A stretch of 64,000 bases of DNA from a virus. Taxonomy: Duplodnaviria; Caudoviricetes. Of this stretch, positions 35,148 to 44,337 are shown one piece after another; within the stretch, counting starts at the first letter, position 1; every line of letters begins with the position of its first letter. Position numbers and translations under genes: made by a program. The notes below the pieces were generated by a model, which saw only the letters and a program-made list of their open reading frames with translations, had not been told where the DNA came from and searched no databases. The stretch spans positions 1-64,000 of the IMG/VR virus record IMGVR_UViG_3300021978_000001; one strand, written 5' to 3'.

Positions 35148-36854
35148 ATGCCCAACAGCTTTCAAGGCGGTCGTCAATTCCCCCTTCCCTTGAACGAGGA
35201 AGGCAAGGGTTACGAGAACCAGCTCGCCGCGCGCGAGCGTGGGATCACGTCTGCCTTGCTCAACCTGTTGCCCTCGAACTATGAATCCACGGTCGTGGGT
35301 CCAAACTACACGTTGTACCTCAAGGCGTTTGCCAAGGAACTCGCGCGCATCACGATGGTCCTCGAACGCGTCGCGGAGGGCATGAGCTTCGAGCGTGTGC
35401 CGAGTGATTTCTTGTGGGAGACGGTGGGCTACCTCGTGTTTGTCAACGGCAAACTCCCCGAGCTGGGTTTCGATGATGAGAGTTTTCGCGAGTTTCTCCT
35501 CACGGTGATCCAGATCTACTTCCAGGGCTCGACGCCGGAAGCCATCGCGCAGGGCATCGCGCTGTTTACGGACACCACGTTCACCGTCCGCGAGCTTTAC
35601 CAGGACGCGAGGCAGCCTGGCTCGGTGTATGACATCTCGGATCAGTTCGGGTTCGCGATCGACTTCGAGCTACAGGGGCAATTCCCCACAAACCCTTTCG
35701 ACCTCGACGCGAACACCAGGCTCTTGCTCGAACTCATCCGACCCGCGCACACGCTCTATCAGCTCAGGTATGTCTTCACCGAGGACATCGGAGAGCTTGT
35801 GGACAACATCACCGATACGGTGAGCTATGATCTGCGCCTCTACCATTATGAAGAGACACGCAAGTATTGCGCGGGGCTAAGAGGCTTCGAGTCCACGACG
35901 GGGTTGATCGAGACCCCGGACCTGAGCTTGATCACAGACACCGACGCGACAAAGCCGATCACGAGCCCCAACCAGGGCGCGCGCTTGACGGTCTTTTCTG
36001 GTGTGAACACGGGTATCTATGAAGTCGTGGGTGCGGTGGGGGATGCGCTCCAGGTCTATCCACCCTTCAAGCAAGCTGAAGAGAACGTCGCGTACAAGGT
36101 CGAGATCGACCGCTACGGTCACAAGAAAGAGGTGTTCGTTACTGGGGAGACCCCGAAGACCTCCATTCAGCTCGACCGCTTTACCGTGGACGCAGGAGGC
36201 CCGTATACCGTCGCAGAGTTCAACAACCTCCTCCTTACTGCTACTGTGTCGGGGGAAGCAGGCGCGGTCACGTACACATGGGACCTTGACGGGGATAACG
36301 TCTTCGGGGATGCCACAGGCAGCGCGCCCACGTTCGCAGCCAAGAATGGTCCCGATGAGCAAACCGTGGTCGTCAAGGCGACAGACAGCCTCGGGCGGGT
36401 CTCCAAAGCGTTCGCATTGATCACGATCGAAGACGATGGCCAGGTGCAAGGTTACGGGACAGGTACAGGGAATGCGAACCCCACGACCTCGGTCTTCGGG
36501 GTGGCGTCTGCGTCCTCCTCGGGATCGGCTACCGTCGTCGCACAGAAGATCAAATTCGCGTCAGCGACCGCGAGCAGCACAGGCAACGGTACCGTTGGTA
36601 GCACCAAGAGTGTGTCCAGCACGGTCACCGGCGCAGGCGCAGGCACAGGCACCTCATCCCCTGCACTCAACGCAGCGGGAAGCGTTGCTTCCACGGGAGC
36701 AGGCTCGGGTAGCGCGACAGGTGTTCGCGTGCGGCCAGGAGCATCCTCGGGGGCAGGAACGGGCTCGGGTAGCGCCGCTCCCAACACCACGGCATCCGGG
36801 GGCGCGAGTGGCTCCGGTAGCGGCTCCGGTAGCGCGAGCGGCACGGGACCATAA
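35148..36854 (+). CDS. baseplate wedge/tail protein with PKD-like domain and G/S/A/T-rich tail
   Basis: follows baseplate J; LELIRPAHTLY (gpI-like), DAGGPYTV...YTWDLDGD (PKD-like), low-complexity C-terminus. Confidence 0.65.
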   Translation: MPNSFQGGRQFPLPLNEEGKGYENQLAARERGITSALLNLLPSNYESTVVGPNYTLYLKAFAKELARITMVLERVAEGMSFERVPSDFLWETVGYLVFVNGKLPELGFDDESFREFLLTVIQIYFQGSTPEAIAQGIALFTDTTFTVRELYQDARQPGSVYDISDQFGFAIDFELQGQFPTNPFDLDANTRLLLELIRPAHTLYQLRYVFTEDIGELVDNITDTVSYDLRLYHYEETRKYCAGLRGFESTTGLIETPDLSLITDTDATKPITSPNQGARLTVFSGVNTGIYEVVGAVGDALQVYPPFKQAEENVAYKVEIDRYGHKKEVFVTGETPKTSIQLDRFTVDAGGPYTVAEFNNLLLTATVSGEAGAVTYTWDLDGDNVFGDATGSAPTFAAKNGPDEQTVVVKATDSLGRVSKAFALITIEDDGQVQGYGTGTGNANPTTSVFGVASASSSGSATVVAQKIKFASATASSTGNGTVGSTKSVSSTVTGAGAGTGTSSPALNAAGSVASTGAGSGSATGVRVRPGASSGAGTGSGSAAPNTTASGGASGSGSGSGSASGTGP

Positions 36855-36858
36855 AGTC

Positions 36859-36883
36859 TTTACAGCGCATGCACCTTGTGGTA
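36859..36883 (+). promoter_or_regulatory. early promoter TTTACA-N12-TGTGGTA
   Basis: recurring motif upstream of 36925. Confidence 0.65.
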
Positions 36884-36924
36884 GCAAGAGGAGAACGTTT
36901 CTCCTAACACCCAAGGGATAAGAC

Positions 36925-37488
36925 ATGACCACGCCACTCCTTAACCGCCTCATGACGTTTCCATCTCCTACACAGATGCTCCAGGTGTATACGGGCACCG
37001 AAAAGCCTGAACCGTACACGATCTGGTTCAAGGCGTCCCCACGTGATGAGCCTTTCGATTCGTTTCTCTTCGCTCTCAGCGACACCTTTGACGGCGCGAA
37101 CAAGCCCGTCCCCGTGCGCGTGAAGATGGATGCGGCGCGTTTTATCAAACGCGCGAGAGCCTACCAGAGCTTCCTCAAGAAAGAAGCGCGAGAAGAGCTT
37201 GATGCGGGCCTCGAAGTGACCACGCTTATGGAAGCCACACGCATTCTCGCGACCTATCACGAGATGGTGACCTTCCCCACCGAGAGCCAGGAGCCCATGC
37301 GATGTGCCTATATCCACCTCGTGCATTATATCATGCCCGAAGGCGTGGAGAACCCCACGCCGTTCGCGCTGCGTGTGGAGGTCGTGCACGGTGATGAGAG
37401 CGCACCCTGTGATTGTTGGGACATCGCCATGTCCGAGAAGGACCTCGACTCCCTCCTGGACGTCATCGCACCGCAAGGTGACGCATGA
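36925..37488 (+). CDS. hypothetical protein
   Basis: 187-aa ORF. Confidence 0.55.
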   Translation: MTTPLLNRLMTFPSPTQMLQVYTGTEKPEPYTIWFKASPRDEPFDSFLFALSDTFDGANKPVPVRVKMDAARFIKRARAYQSFLKKEAREELDAGLEVTTLMEATRILATYHEMVTFPTESQEPMRCAYIHLVHYIMPEGVENPTPFALRVEVVHGDESAPCDCWDIAMSEKDLDSLLDVIAPQGDA

Positions 37489-37943
37489 GCCTTGAAGGAC
37501 GATTGCTGTGTGTCCTCGAAGGCGTCGAGCACCCAGACGAGCAATATTGGCTTGAGTTGTGGTACCAGCCTCCCAATCGCTTCCATCTCCTGACCAGGGG
37601 CCATGAAGGGTATGAGGTGCTCTGGCGCTTCGATCTCGATCTGCACGTGTTCCTGTCCAACCTGGAGCGGGCACTCCTGACCATGCACGTGGGGTCGAGG
37701 TTCAAGTTTCTCTCAGCCCGAGAGCAGGTCCGTGTGAGCAAAAGAGACGCATGGCAGGTACAACGCGATACGTGTTGTGATGGTATCACCCTCCATGCCC
37801 GACGAGACCCGAGCTTTCCCTATCTCCTCTTCTTTGACTTCTACCAGAAGCGCACACGCGTTGATGTTGGCCTGGAGATGTACGTGAAGCGGGAAGCCTT
37901 GTGGGAGATGATCAACCACATCAATGGATTGGCGGGTACATAA
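37485..37943 (+). CDS. hypothetical protein
   Basis: 152-aa ORF, ATGA overlap. Confidence 0.55.
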   Translation: MSLEGRLLCVLEGVEHPDEQYWLELWYQPPNRFHLLTRGHEGYEVLWRFDLDLHVFLSNLERALLTMHVGSRFKFLSAREQVRVSKRDAWQVQRDTCCDGITLHARRDPSFPYLLFFDFYQKRTRVDVGLEMYVKREALWEMINHINGLAGT

Positions 37944-38010
37944 TGTTCTTGTAAGTGGTGGGGGTGGTAGCTTCGAGAGCATCCACCCCTTTACTTCGAG
38001 AGCAAACACC

Positions 38011-38394
38011 ATGAGTGACCTGAGCGATTATCTGGAAGCCGCGCTGCTCGATCACGCGTTCCGCAATACACCTTATAGTGCACCCGCGACGGTGTACCTG
38101 GCGCTCTACACGACAGATCCCGCAGATGATAACTCGGGCACTGAGGTCGCGGGCGCGGGGTATGCACGTCAAGCGGTGACCTTCGATCGTACCCTGAACA
38201 CGATCACGAACAACATCGCCGTGAGCTACACGGCGACGGGGGGCAACTACGGCACCGTGACACACATCGGTGTCCTCGATGCGCTCGCAGCGGGTAACCT
38301 GATGTTCCGCGCGGCCTTGACGACCCCCAAGACCATCGAGGATGGGGATACGTTGACGTTCGCGATCGGAGACATTGACTTCACGCTTGATTGA
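38011..38394 (+). CDS. phage tail/virion structural protein
   Basis: SDYLEAALLDH...VYLALYTTDP...GTEV...YARQAV: widespread phage tail-associated family. Confidence 0.75.
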   Translation: MSDLSDYLEAALLDHAFRNTPYSAPATVYLALYTTDPADDNSGTEVAGAGYARQAVTFDRTLNTITNNIAVSYTATGGNYGTVTHIGVLDALAAGNLMFRAALTTPKTIEDGDTLTFAIGDIDFTLD

Positions 38395-38425
38395 GCATCA
38401 AGCCCTGGATACACAAGGAACTGTC

Positions 38426-39514
38426 ATGAATAGAAGAGCACTCGCACAACGTGTCGCGTTTACCTATGGTTGCAACCGAGGGTTTTACGCGCCCATGCAA
38501 ACACGAGAAGCACACCTCATGGTGCTCTCGCGCATGGTGTTTGCCAAGGCCAAAGAACTCAAGGCGCTCGACTACACGATCGGCCTCGTAAGGCGTTACC
38601 CCGACAAGCTCGACAACAAGTATCCTGATATGCGCCCCAAGCTCATCGAGCTGCGTCAGGCTGTCCAGAACGGCTTCTCGATGAAGACCTTGCTCGACAA
38701 CCAGGAGATCTTGAGTCGCCTGGGATCACGCCTCTCGCGTGAGATTGTGGAGACCGATGGTGAGTTCGGGGAGTTCTTCCCCAAGCTCAAGAGCTTCCTT
38801 GGAGACTTCGAGGACAGTACCGAGGCGTACCTCAAGAGCTTGCGTGGTGATTACGAGCAGATGATCGCCAAGGCACTCGGGGTATCGGTTTCTGATCTCT
38901 TGCGTGGTGGGCGTATCCCGATGGATAAGATCGAAGACGCTTATCAAGTGATGTTCGATGACCTGGACGCGCACTTCAAGGACATCATGGCTACCATCAA
39001 GCGCGTGGGCGCAGAAGCAGGAGGGGGCTTCAAGATCAAGGGGCGCCTCAAGGCTCCTGGATCTGTGGCGGGAAAGATCCGCGAGCGCCTCGCACGTGGC
39101 GAGGCGACTGCGCTCGACTTCCTGGACTTCAGTGATCTCGTAGGAACACGCGTGATTGCGAAGGACCTCCAGGGTGTCCTCGCCGCCATGAGTCACATCG
39201 AAAAGACCTTCAAGGGGAAGGTCCTTCGCAAGCGAAACTACTACCTCGTGGCCAACAACCGCAACCCTTACCAGGGTGTCAACTACATCATCGCGCTCGG
39301 GCCATACATGGTCGAGCTTCAGGTGTCTGCGGAGCTGGACCGCATCGCGGCCAACCTCATGCACGATTTGACCTACTCTGATGAGAAGGCTTTCGTGAAG
39401 CTCAATGATGAGCAGAAATCCCTGATCGCGCTGGTGATTGATCTGTTGACGCAGCTCTCTTTCCGAGAATGGCAACAGATCATCTCACCCACGCTTGCCG
39501 AGTTCTCGGTCTAG
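38426..39514 (+). CDS. RelA/SpoT-like nucleotidyltransferase (small alarmone synthetase homolog) with N-terminal helical extension
   Basis: GRLKAPGSVAGK (Syn1) and SDLVGTRVI (Syn2) intact; YQGVNY (Syn3) and ELQVSA (Syn4) divergent; HDLTY. Confidence 0.78.
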   Translation: MNRRALAQRVAFTYGCNRGFYAPMQTREAHLMVLSRMVFAKAKELKALDYTIGLVRRYPDKLDNKYPDMRPKLIELRQAVQNGFSMKTLLDNQEILSRLGSRLSREIVETDGEFGEFFPKLKSFLGDFEDSTEAYLKSLRGDYEQMIAKALGVSVSDLLRGGRIPMDKIEDAYQVMFDDLDAHFKDIMATIKRVGAEAGGGFKIKGRLKAPGSVAGKIRERLARGEATALDFLDFSDLVGTRVIAKDLQGVLAAMSHIEKTFKGKVLRKRNYYLVANNRNPYQGVNYIIALGPYMVELQVSAELDRIAANLMHDLTYSDEKAFVKLNDEQKSLIALVIDLLTQLSFREWQQIISPTLAEFSV

Positions 39515-39720
39515 TCCTCGACCTCGACCACCATCACACCGCGCCTCGATCGCCCGACCCGGACCTTATCCCCGGGTCGGGTTTTTTCTGGGAACGCCTC
39601 TGCGTTGAAGCGCTCCTCTCCCTCCTCGAAACGCACGACCACGAAGGTCTCCCACTCGGTCTTCTCTTTCTCCACACGCACGACCTCTCCTGGTCGCATC
39701 TTCACTTCTTCGGCAGTCAT
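39511..39720 (-). CDS. small hypothetical protein
   Basis: 69 aa, AAGGAGG RBS, early promoter at 39783-39807. Confidence 0.6.
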   Translation of the reverse strand: MTAEEVKMRPGEVVRVEKEKTEWETFVVVRFEEGEERFNAEAFPEKTRPGDKVRVGRSRRGVMVVEVED

Positions 39721-39782
39721 GGCATACCTCCTTGCTTTGCGGTTTCATGACAATGCCCCGCGCTCGCGGGTACATGTACTGG

Positions 39783-39807
39783 TACCACAAGCCGGGGCAG
39801 GTGTAAA
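39783..39807 (-). promoter_or_regulatory. early promoter TTTACA-N12-TGTGGTA
   Basis: recurring motif. Confidence 0.65.
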
Positions 39808-39824
39808 AGTTATTCGAGCCTTTT

Positions 39825-40253
39825 TCAGTAATCCCATTCGATGGTGTAGCCCATCTTGAAGTACGACAGGAACCGAAACGCGGTCTTGCGCATCTCACCG
39901 CGCTTCATACTAGCGGCGTACTGCTCTGCACTCAAACCAAGCGAGGGACAGCGCCTCGTGATGAGGCGGGCCTGATCCATGGTCTGAGCCATCTCCCTCC
40001 CCTTGCTCCACTGCTGGTCAGCAGCCTCCCAGTAGTCATACGTGAACACCCCGTCATCCCCCCTGTCCAGGTCTTCGATGAGCGCCAGCAAGGCGCTCGC
40101 AGCCTGCTCGGGTTGCTCGCACTTGTCGAGCCTGGGGTAACCCACATCTTCCGTGGCCATCAAGATGTTCCCTCGACACCGAGCGAACGAGGAGATCGGC
40201 TCTGATGCTTCAGGCATCCCCTCTGGTGCGATAACTTCGATTCCAACTCCCAT
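39825..40253 (-). CDS. hypothetical protein
   Basis: 142-aa ORF. Confidence 0.55.
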   Translation of the reverse strand: MGVGIEVIAPEGMPEASEPISSFARCRGNILMATEDVGYPRLDKCEQPEQAASALLALIEDLDRGDDGVFTYDYWEAADQQWSKGREMAQTMDQARLITRRCPSLGLSAEQYAASMKRGEMRKTAFRFLSYFKMGYTIEWDY

Positions 40254-40256
40254 GTC

Positions 40257-41075
40257 TTACCTCTCTTTTTCGGCCACGAGTTCTTTCTCGTGGTGCTTGT
40301 TGAGGATCAGGTTGATGGTATCCACCAGCTCTTGATCCTTGAATGTGATGTGCATGTTTCCGTTCTTGTACCACTTGAACGCGAAGTAGTCTGACTCCCC
40401 CTCACCCTGGCACGAGCCATACCCGCCACGTTCCTTGCGTGCGGTCTTGATGGCTCCGATGAGTCCACCATAGCGTTCAGGCGCGGGCTTACCGTCCACC
40501 ACATGAAAGATGCGGTCGAGGTCGCGCACCTCTTCCTCATGCCAGTAGGAAATGCCCGAGGACTCCATCACTCCCGTGAGGATGATCTTGTTGCCAAACC
40601 CGAACCCTTCATTGGTGCGGTAGTTGCTGGACAACCCCTTGTAGCGGTCATACACGCTTTGCTCGAACATGTCACCTGCGCGCGCAGCGAGGTCGAGCAT
40701 GGTCGCGGTGATGTTTTCGAGGGTGACTTCGGGTGGCTCCCGGTCGATTTGTCGATAGAACGCATCGGAGGTCTTCGCGTTGAACGCATCCCCGAGAGGG
40801 GTCGCGTTGAGCAGGTTCCACCATACGCGCTTGTCCAGCTCTCTCCTGGCGCGGTCCCCGAAGGACGTGTAGAACGACTTGCCTCCCCCGATGTATTGGA
40901 GTGTATTCATCGAGAAGGTGGAGTGCGTCGAGGAGAACGTCGCTTTCTTGCACTCCTCGTTTGCTTTCTGCACGAGTTCGTGCGCCTCTTCGAGGTATTT
41001 GAGCGCGCGATCACGCGCCTCGACCACCTCACGGATCGTACTCTTGGGGACCAGCTCTGTATGTTCGATCTTCAC
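40257..41075 (-). CDS. DUF4942-like protein
   Basis: C-terminal YFAFKWYKNGNMHITFKDQELVDTINLIL characteristic of DUF4942. Confidence 0.72.
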   Translation of the reverse strand: MKIEHTELVPKSTIREVVEARDRALKYLEEAHELVQKANEECKKATFSSTHSTFSMNTLQYIGGGKSFYTSFGDRARRELDKRVWWNLLNATPLGDAFNAKTSDAFYRQIDREPPEVTLENITATMLDLAARAGDMFEQSVYDRYKGLSSNYRTNEGFGFGNKIILTGVMESSGISYWHEEEVRDLDRIFHVVDGKPAPERYGGLIGAIKTARKERGGYGSCQGEGESDYFAFKWYKNGNMHITFKDQELVDTINLILNKHHEKELVAEKER

Positions 41076-41124
41076 GGTATCCTCTCTTTTGATCTCCGGG
41101 ACTCTTCCAGGAACAAGAAAGGTA

Positions 41125-41149
41125 TACCATAAAGGAAAGGCACCGTAAA
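41125..41149 (-). promoter_or_regulatory. early promoter TTTACG-N12-TATGGTA
   Basis: recurring motif. Confidence 0.65.
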
Positions 41150-41153
41150 GGCT

Positions 41154-41735
41154 TTAGTTCCATTCTCCTGGACCCACCAGGAGGTGGTTGACGTGATCAC
41201 TCCAGAGCATGAGCACCGAGCGCTCTTCGGGGAACACGGATACGAGGACCGTCTCGATCTCAGGGTCGAGGCTGGTCATGACGTGCTGTCCCTTGGGCCA
41301 GGGCAACGTTTCAGAAGGGATGAGAGGGATCACCGCGCGGGTGAAAATCTGAGGGTCGGTGAACGTCGAGAGGTCCACCGAGGTGTCCGCGTAGGAAGCG
41401 ACAAGCGCGGCGTCTGTGTGTCGCAAGGTGGGGATGCAATACGTGTCGTACTGCTGCTCCGAGGGTCTCAACACCATCGAGCGCATGCGCAGCCCTGTGA
41501 CCGCAGACCCCAACAGATCGAGCCTCTTGAGGTAAATGAACGCTTGCTGGTAACGGTGAATGTGCTGATCGAAGAGCGCGAGCCATTGTTCTTCGTCTGC
41601 TTCCTGGTAGGCGGGGATCTGCCCGACCGGAATCTTGACCAGCTCTTTGACCTGTTTGCTGTAACTGGCGCGCATGTCCTCATAAATGGCACGCAAACCA
41701 GGGTTGTCATGGATCAGGGACGGGGGGTTTGACAT
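41154..41735 (-). CDS. hypothetical protein
   Basis: about 193 aa from MSNPPS. Confidence 0.5.
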   Translation of the reverse strand: MSNPPSLIHDNPGLRAIYEDMRASYSKQVKELVKIPVGQIPAYQEADEEQWLALFDQHIHRYQQAFIYLKRLDLLGSAVTGLRMRSMVLRPSEQQYDTYCIPTLRHTDAALVASYADTSVDLSTFTDPQIFTRAVIPLIPSETLPWPKGQHVMTSLDPEIETVLVSVFPEERSVLMLWSDHVNHLLVGPGEWN

Positions 41736-41828
41736 GAGGTTGGCTCTCCATAACAGGGAGTGAAGTGATGCCTCGTGTGACATCTCGTGCCAAACCTCAG
41801 TTACCAATGCATTATCTGGGAGGAGACT

Positions 41829-42545
41829 TCAAGGCACCGGATAATCCGGGTCATAGTACCCGAACGCCTTGACCTCGTGAATCTCTTGCTCGGGCCAACG
41901 CATCGCCGTCAAGGTGCCTCCTCTACAGCACGAGGTGTCGAGGCAGACGTGCCTGGGGTAGGGCGTCGGGTCATTCATCCAGTAATGTCCGAAGGCCACA
42001 AACACCCCGTCCTCACCGCCTTCCCAGTTCTCCCACCAGGAGAGCCGCTGTCGTTTGGCGTTCCGCAGCCCATAATAACACTCCTCTGGTGTGTCTCCTG
42101 GGTACGCGTGGACACAAACGAGGTTATGCGCGCGAAACTCGATCTTGTGCGGGAGCGTCTCCAGCAGCGCCTTTCCAATGCGCTCGCGTTCGTCGAGGTC
42201 TTTATAGCGCACGCTCATCTGCCGCGCGGTGATGCCGTACCCATGGACATCCACCTGTACCGGGTTGCCTTTCATCCACCGGAACAACTTGTTGTCATGG
42301 TTACCCATGCACCAGTAGAGGTCCCCGCGTTTCCATCGCGTGTAAACCCAATCAAAGACGTCCGCATTGAAGGGGCCACGGTCGCATAGATCCCCCAGGA
42401 ACACGAGCTTGCGTCCGTCCGGGTGTATGCCTTGACGGTCATATCCCAACAGCTCGACCAAAGACATCAATTCGTTGAAGCAGCCGTGAACATCACCGAT
42501 GATGTCCAGGGGTGTGGTCGTTTCTTCTACTTGTACGCGCATCAT
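41829..42545 (-). CDS. calcineurin-like metallophosphoesterase (PrpE/ApaH/Pnkp-phosphatase-like)
   Basis: IIGDVHG, GDLCDRGP, GNHD, FGHY, LDTSCCRGGTLTAMRWPE. Confidence 0.88.
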   Translation of the reverse strand: MMRVQVEETTTPLDIIGDVHGCFNELMSLVELLGYDRQGIHPDGRKLVFLGDLCDRGPFNADVFDWVYTRWKRGDLYWCMGNHDNKLFRWMKGNPVQVDVHGYGITARQMSVRYKDLDERERIGKALLETLPHKIEFRAHNLVCVHAYPGDTPEECYYGLRNAKRQRLSWWENWEGGEDGVFVAFGHYWMNDPTPYPRHVCLDTSCCRGGTLTAMRWPEQEIHEVKAFGYYDPDYPVP

Positions 42546-42618
42546 TCGTCTCTCTTGATTAATGCTCTTGTAAGAGTGGGGTTATGGTCTGTTCATGCCA
42601 CACTTCCAGGATACTGCA

Positions 42619-43023
42619 ATGATGACCCCAGAGAAAGCACAGAAGCTCGCACAAGCCGTCACAGCACGTTATGCTGCCGCACACCCTCCCGCACGTCAGA
42701 AAGCCGCGAGCGTGGACGTGGTGAAGGAAGGAAGGGCAATCGTGCGCAAGCACCAGGAAATGATGACCAAGGACATCGCGCGTTTGCGTGAAAAGGTCAA
42801 GCGCCATATGGAAAAGCTCGGGCTCAACGTGATGGAAATCACGCTGGAGCCCATGGGACGCGGGAATCATATCGAGGGTTCCGTGACGTTCACGCTCGGG
42901 TCTGATCTCTATGGCCTCGACCGCTTCGAGCTTTCGGATATGCTCTACAAGGAGATCGGCGTCTCCGAGCTTGGGAGCAATCCTCGCGGCGAAGGATACA
43001 TCCTGTATCTCGATTCGCTTTGA
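42619..43023 (+). CDS. hypothetical protein with N-terminal KLAQAVTARY motif
   Basis: 134-aa ORF. Confidence 0.55.
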   Translation: MMTPEKAQKLAQAVTARYAAAHPPARQKAASVDVVKEGRAIVRKHQEMMTKDIARLREKVKRHMEKLGLNVMEITLEPMGRGNHIEGSVTFTLGSDLYGLDRFELSDMLYKEIGVSELGSNPRGEGYILYLDSL

Positions 43024-43061
43024 TGTCTTGTCAGGTCCTCGTATCAGGTCCTCGTTAAGAG

Positions 43062-43256
43062 TCAGAGAAGGATGGCGACCTCTTCGCCATCTTTCCCTAC
43101 CAATCGGATGGTCCCGTCCTCGCGCTGATGTTCGAGGAGGATCTTGTAGATCAGGACCGCCTGTGAGACCAGCGCGCTCATCGACCTCCCAGACTGTTTC
43201 TTCTGGTGCGTGAGGAACGCGCTGACCTTTTCGGATATGCTGAAATTCTTGCGCAT
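43062..43256 (-). CDS. ribbon-helix-helix (CopG-like) DNA-binding protein
   Basis: MRKNFSISEKVSAFL...GRSMSALVSQAV pattern. Confidence 0.65.
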   Translation of the reverse strand: MRKNFSISEKVSAFLTHQKKQSGRSMSALVSQAVLIYKILLEHQREDGTIRLVGKDGEEVAILL

Positions 43257-43258
43257 GT

Positions 43259-43879
43259 TCAGTCCTCGTCAGGAAACTCAGGCTCGAAGGTGACCCACAC
43301 GTTATCTCCGCTGTGACGAAACCATCGTTGTGAGATGACTTCACCCTTGGACGGGATCGACCCCGTGCGTCCGAGGAAGCCGTTTGCGCGGATGAGGAAC
43401 TCATCCTCTCCCTTGGCATCATACGCGGTTGCTTGCGTCTTGTGGCGCCCCACGACCTCGTACACGTTGCGCCGGTACTCCGAAGGGTTCTGCTCCCTCA
43501 ACTTCTCCAGGCGCTCTCCCGTGACCTTCGCGAGCCTCAAGTAGCGCGTCACGCGCGGCTTGACCTTGCTGACGTGAATCGTGCCGTTGCACATCGTCAA
43601 GCGGCGGTTATCCTTCGTCAACACCTCACTGTGGTCATGCGACTTGACCTCATGCGGGACCGCGTAGACCGTCTTCCCGTCGAAATTCCAGGTATGCAGC
43701 GAGGGCTTCGCGTCGGGGTAGTCGTCGAGGTCTGCGTCCCAGGGAACCATCTTCCCGAAGATACCGAGGATGTACTTGCTCGTGTCATAGCCGAGCGCCT
43801 CCAACTCCTCATCGGTGAACTCGCTTCGCGCGAAGCGCACATCAATCGTGCTCTTGGGTCCGTCATAACTGCCCATCAT
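43259..43879 (-). CDS. hypothetical protein
   Basis: 206 aa, AAGGA RBS, early promoter at 43933-43957. Confidence 0.6.
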   Translation of the reverse strand: MMGSYDGPKSTIDVRFARSEFTDEELEALGYDTSKYILGIFGKMVPWDADLDDYPDAKPSLHTWNFDGKTVYAVPHEVKSHDHSEVLTKDNRRLTMCNGTIHVSKVKPRVTRYLRLAKVTGERLEKLREQNPSEYRRNVYEVVGRHKTQATAYDAKGEDEFLIRANGFLGRTGSIPSKGEVISQRWFRHSGDNVWVTFEPEFPDED

Positions 43880-43932
43880 CTTTCCTTGTCTGTGTGTTGC
43901 GTTGTCGTCTTTTCGTCCCGTACACCTCTTGT

Positions 43933-43957
43933 TACCGTAAAGGCGAGCAAGCGTAAA
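43933..43957 (-). promoter_or_regulatory. early promoter TTTACG-N12-TACGGTA
   Basis: recurring motif with conserved downstream ACAAGAGGTGTACG. Confidence 0.65.
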
Positions 43958-43960
43958 GCC

Positions 43961-44308
43961 TTAGTGGTTGTGGACCTCTCCGATGTCACCACCCTGCGTG
44001 TTGACGTTGTACGTGTTCTGCGTGGCAGGGCGGTCTCCTCGCAGTTCAGCGCAGCGGCGCTTCGCACCGTCTCGTGTGCGGAAGGTCTCTTCGACCGTCC
44101 AATAGGACTCCCCTTCGGACCCGAAGTTTAGCTCCTGAATCCTGTAATCCTCTGCGCCGGGCCGCTCTCCCTTGCTCTGGAGGCGATACCCGTGACCGCA
44201 CGTTTCGATGATGTAGCGTCCTGCGAGGTGGTTCTGGTACGTCCGGTATCCCACAAACCCGAGGATGAGGACGACAAGAACGAGTGCTGCGATTTTCTGA
44301 CCTTCCAT
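43961..44308 (-). CDS. single-pass membrane protein (paralog of 44338-44712)
   Basis: IAALVLVVLILGFVGY TM segment then TCGHGYRL...AKRRCAEL. Confidence 0.6.
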   Translation of the reverse strand: MEGQKIAALVLVVLILGFVGYRTYQNHLAGRYIIETCGHGYRLQSKGERPGAEDYRIQELNFGSEGESYWTVEETFRTRDGAKRRCAELRGDRPATQNTYNVNTQGGDIGEVHNH

Positions 44309-44337
44309 GATGTTCTTCTCTCTTGTGTGCGTGGTTT

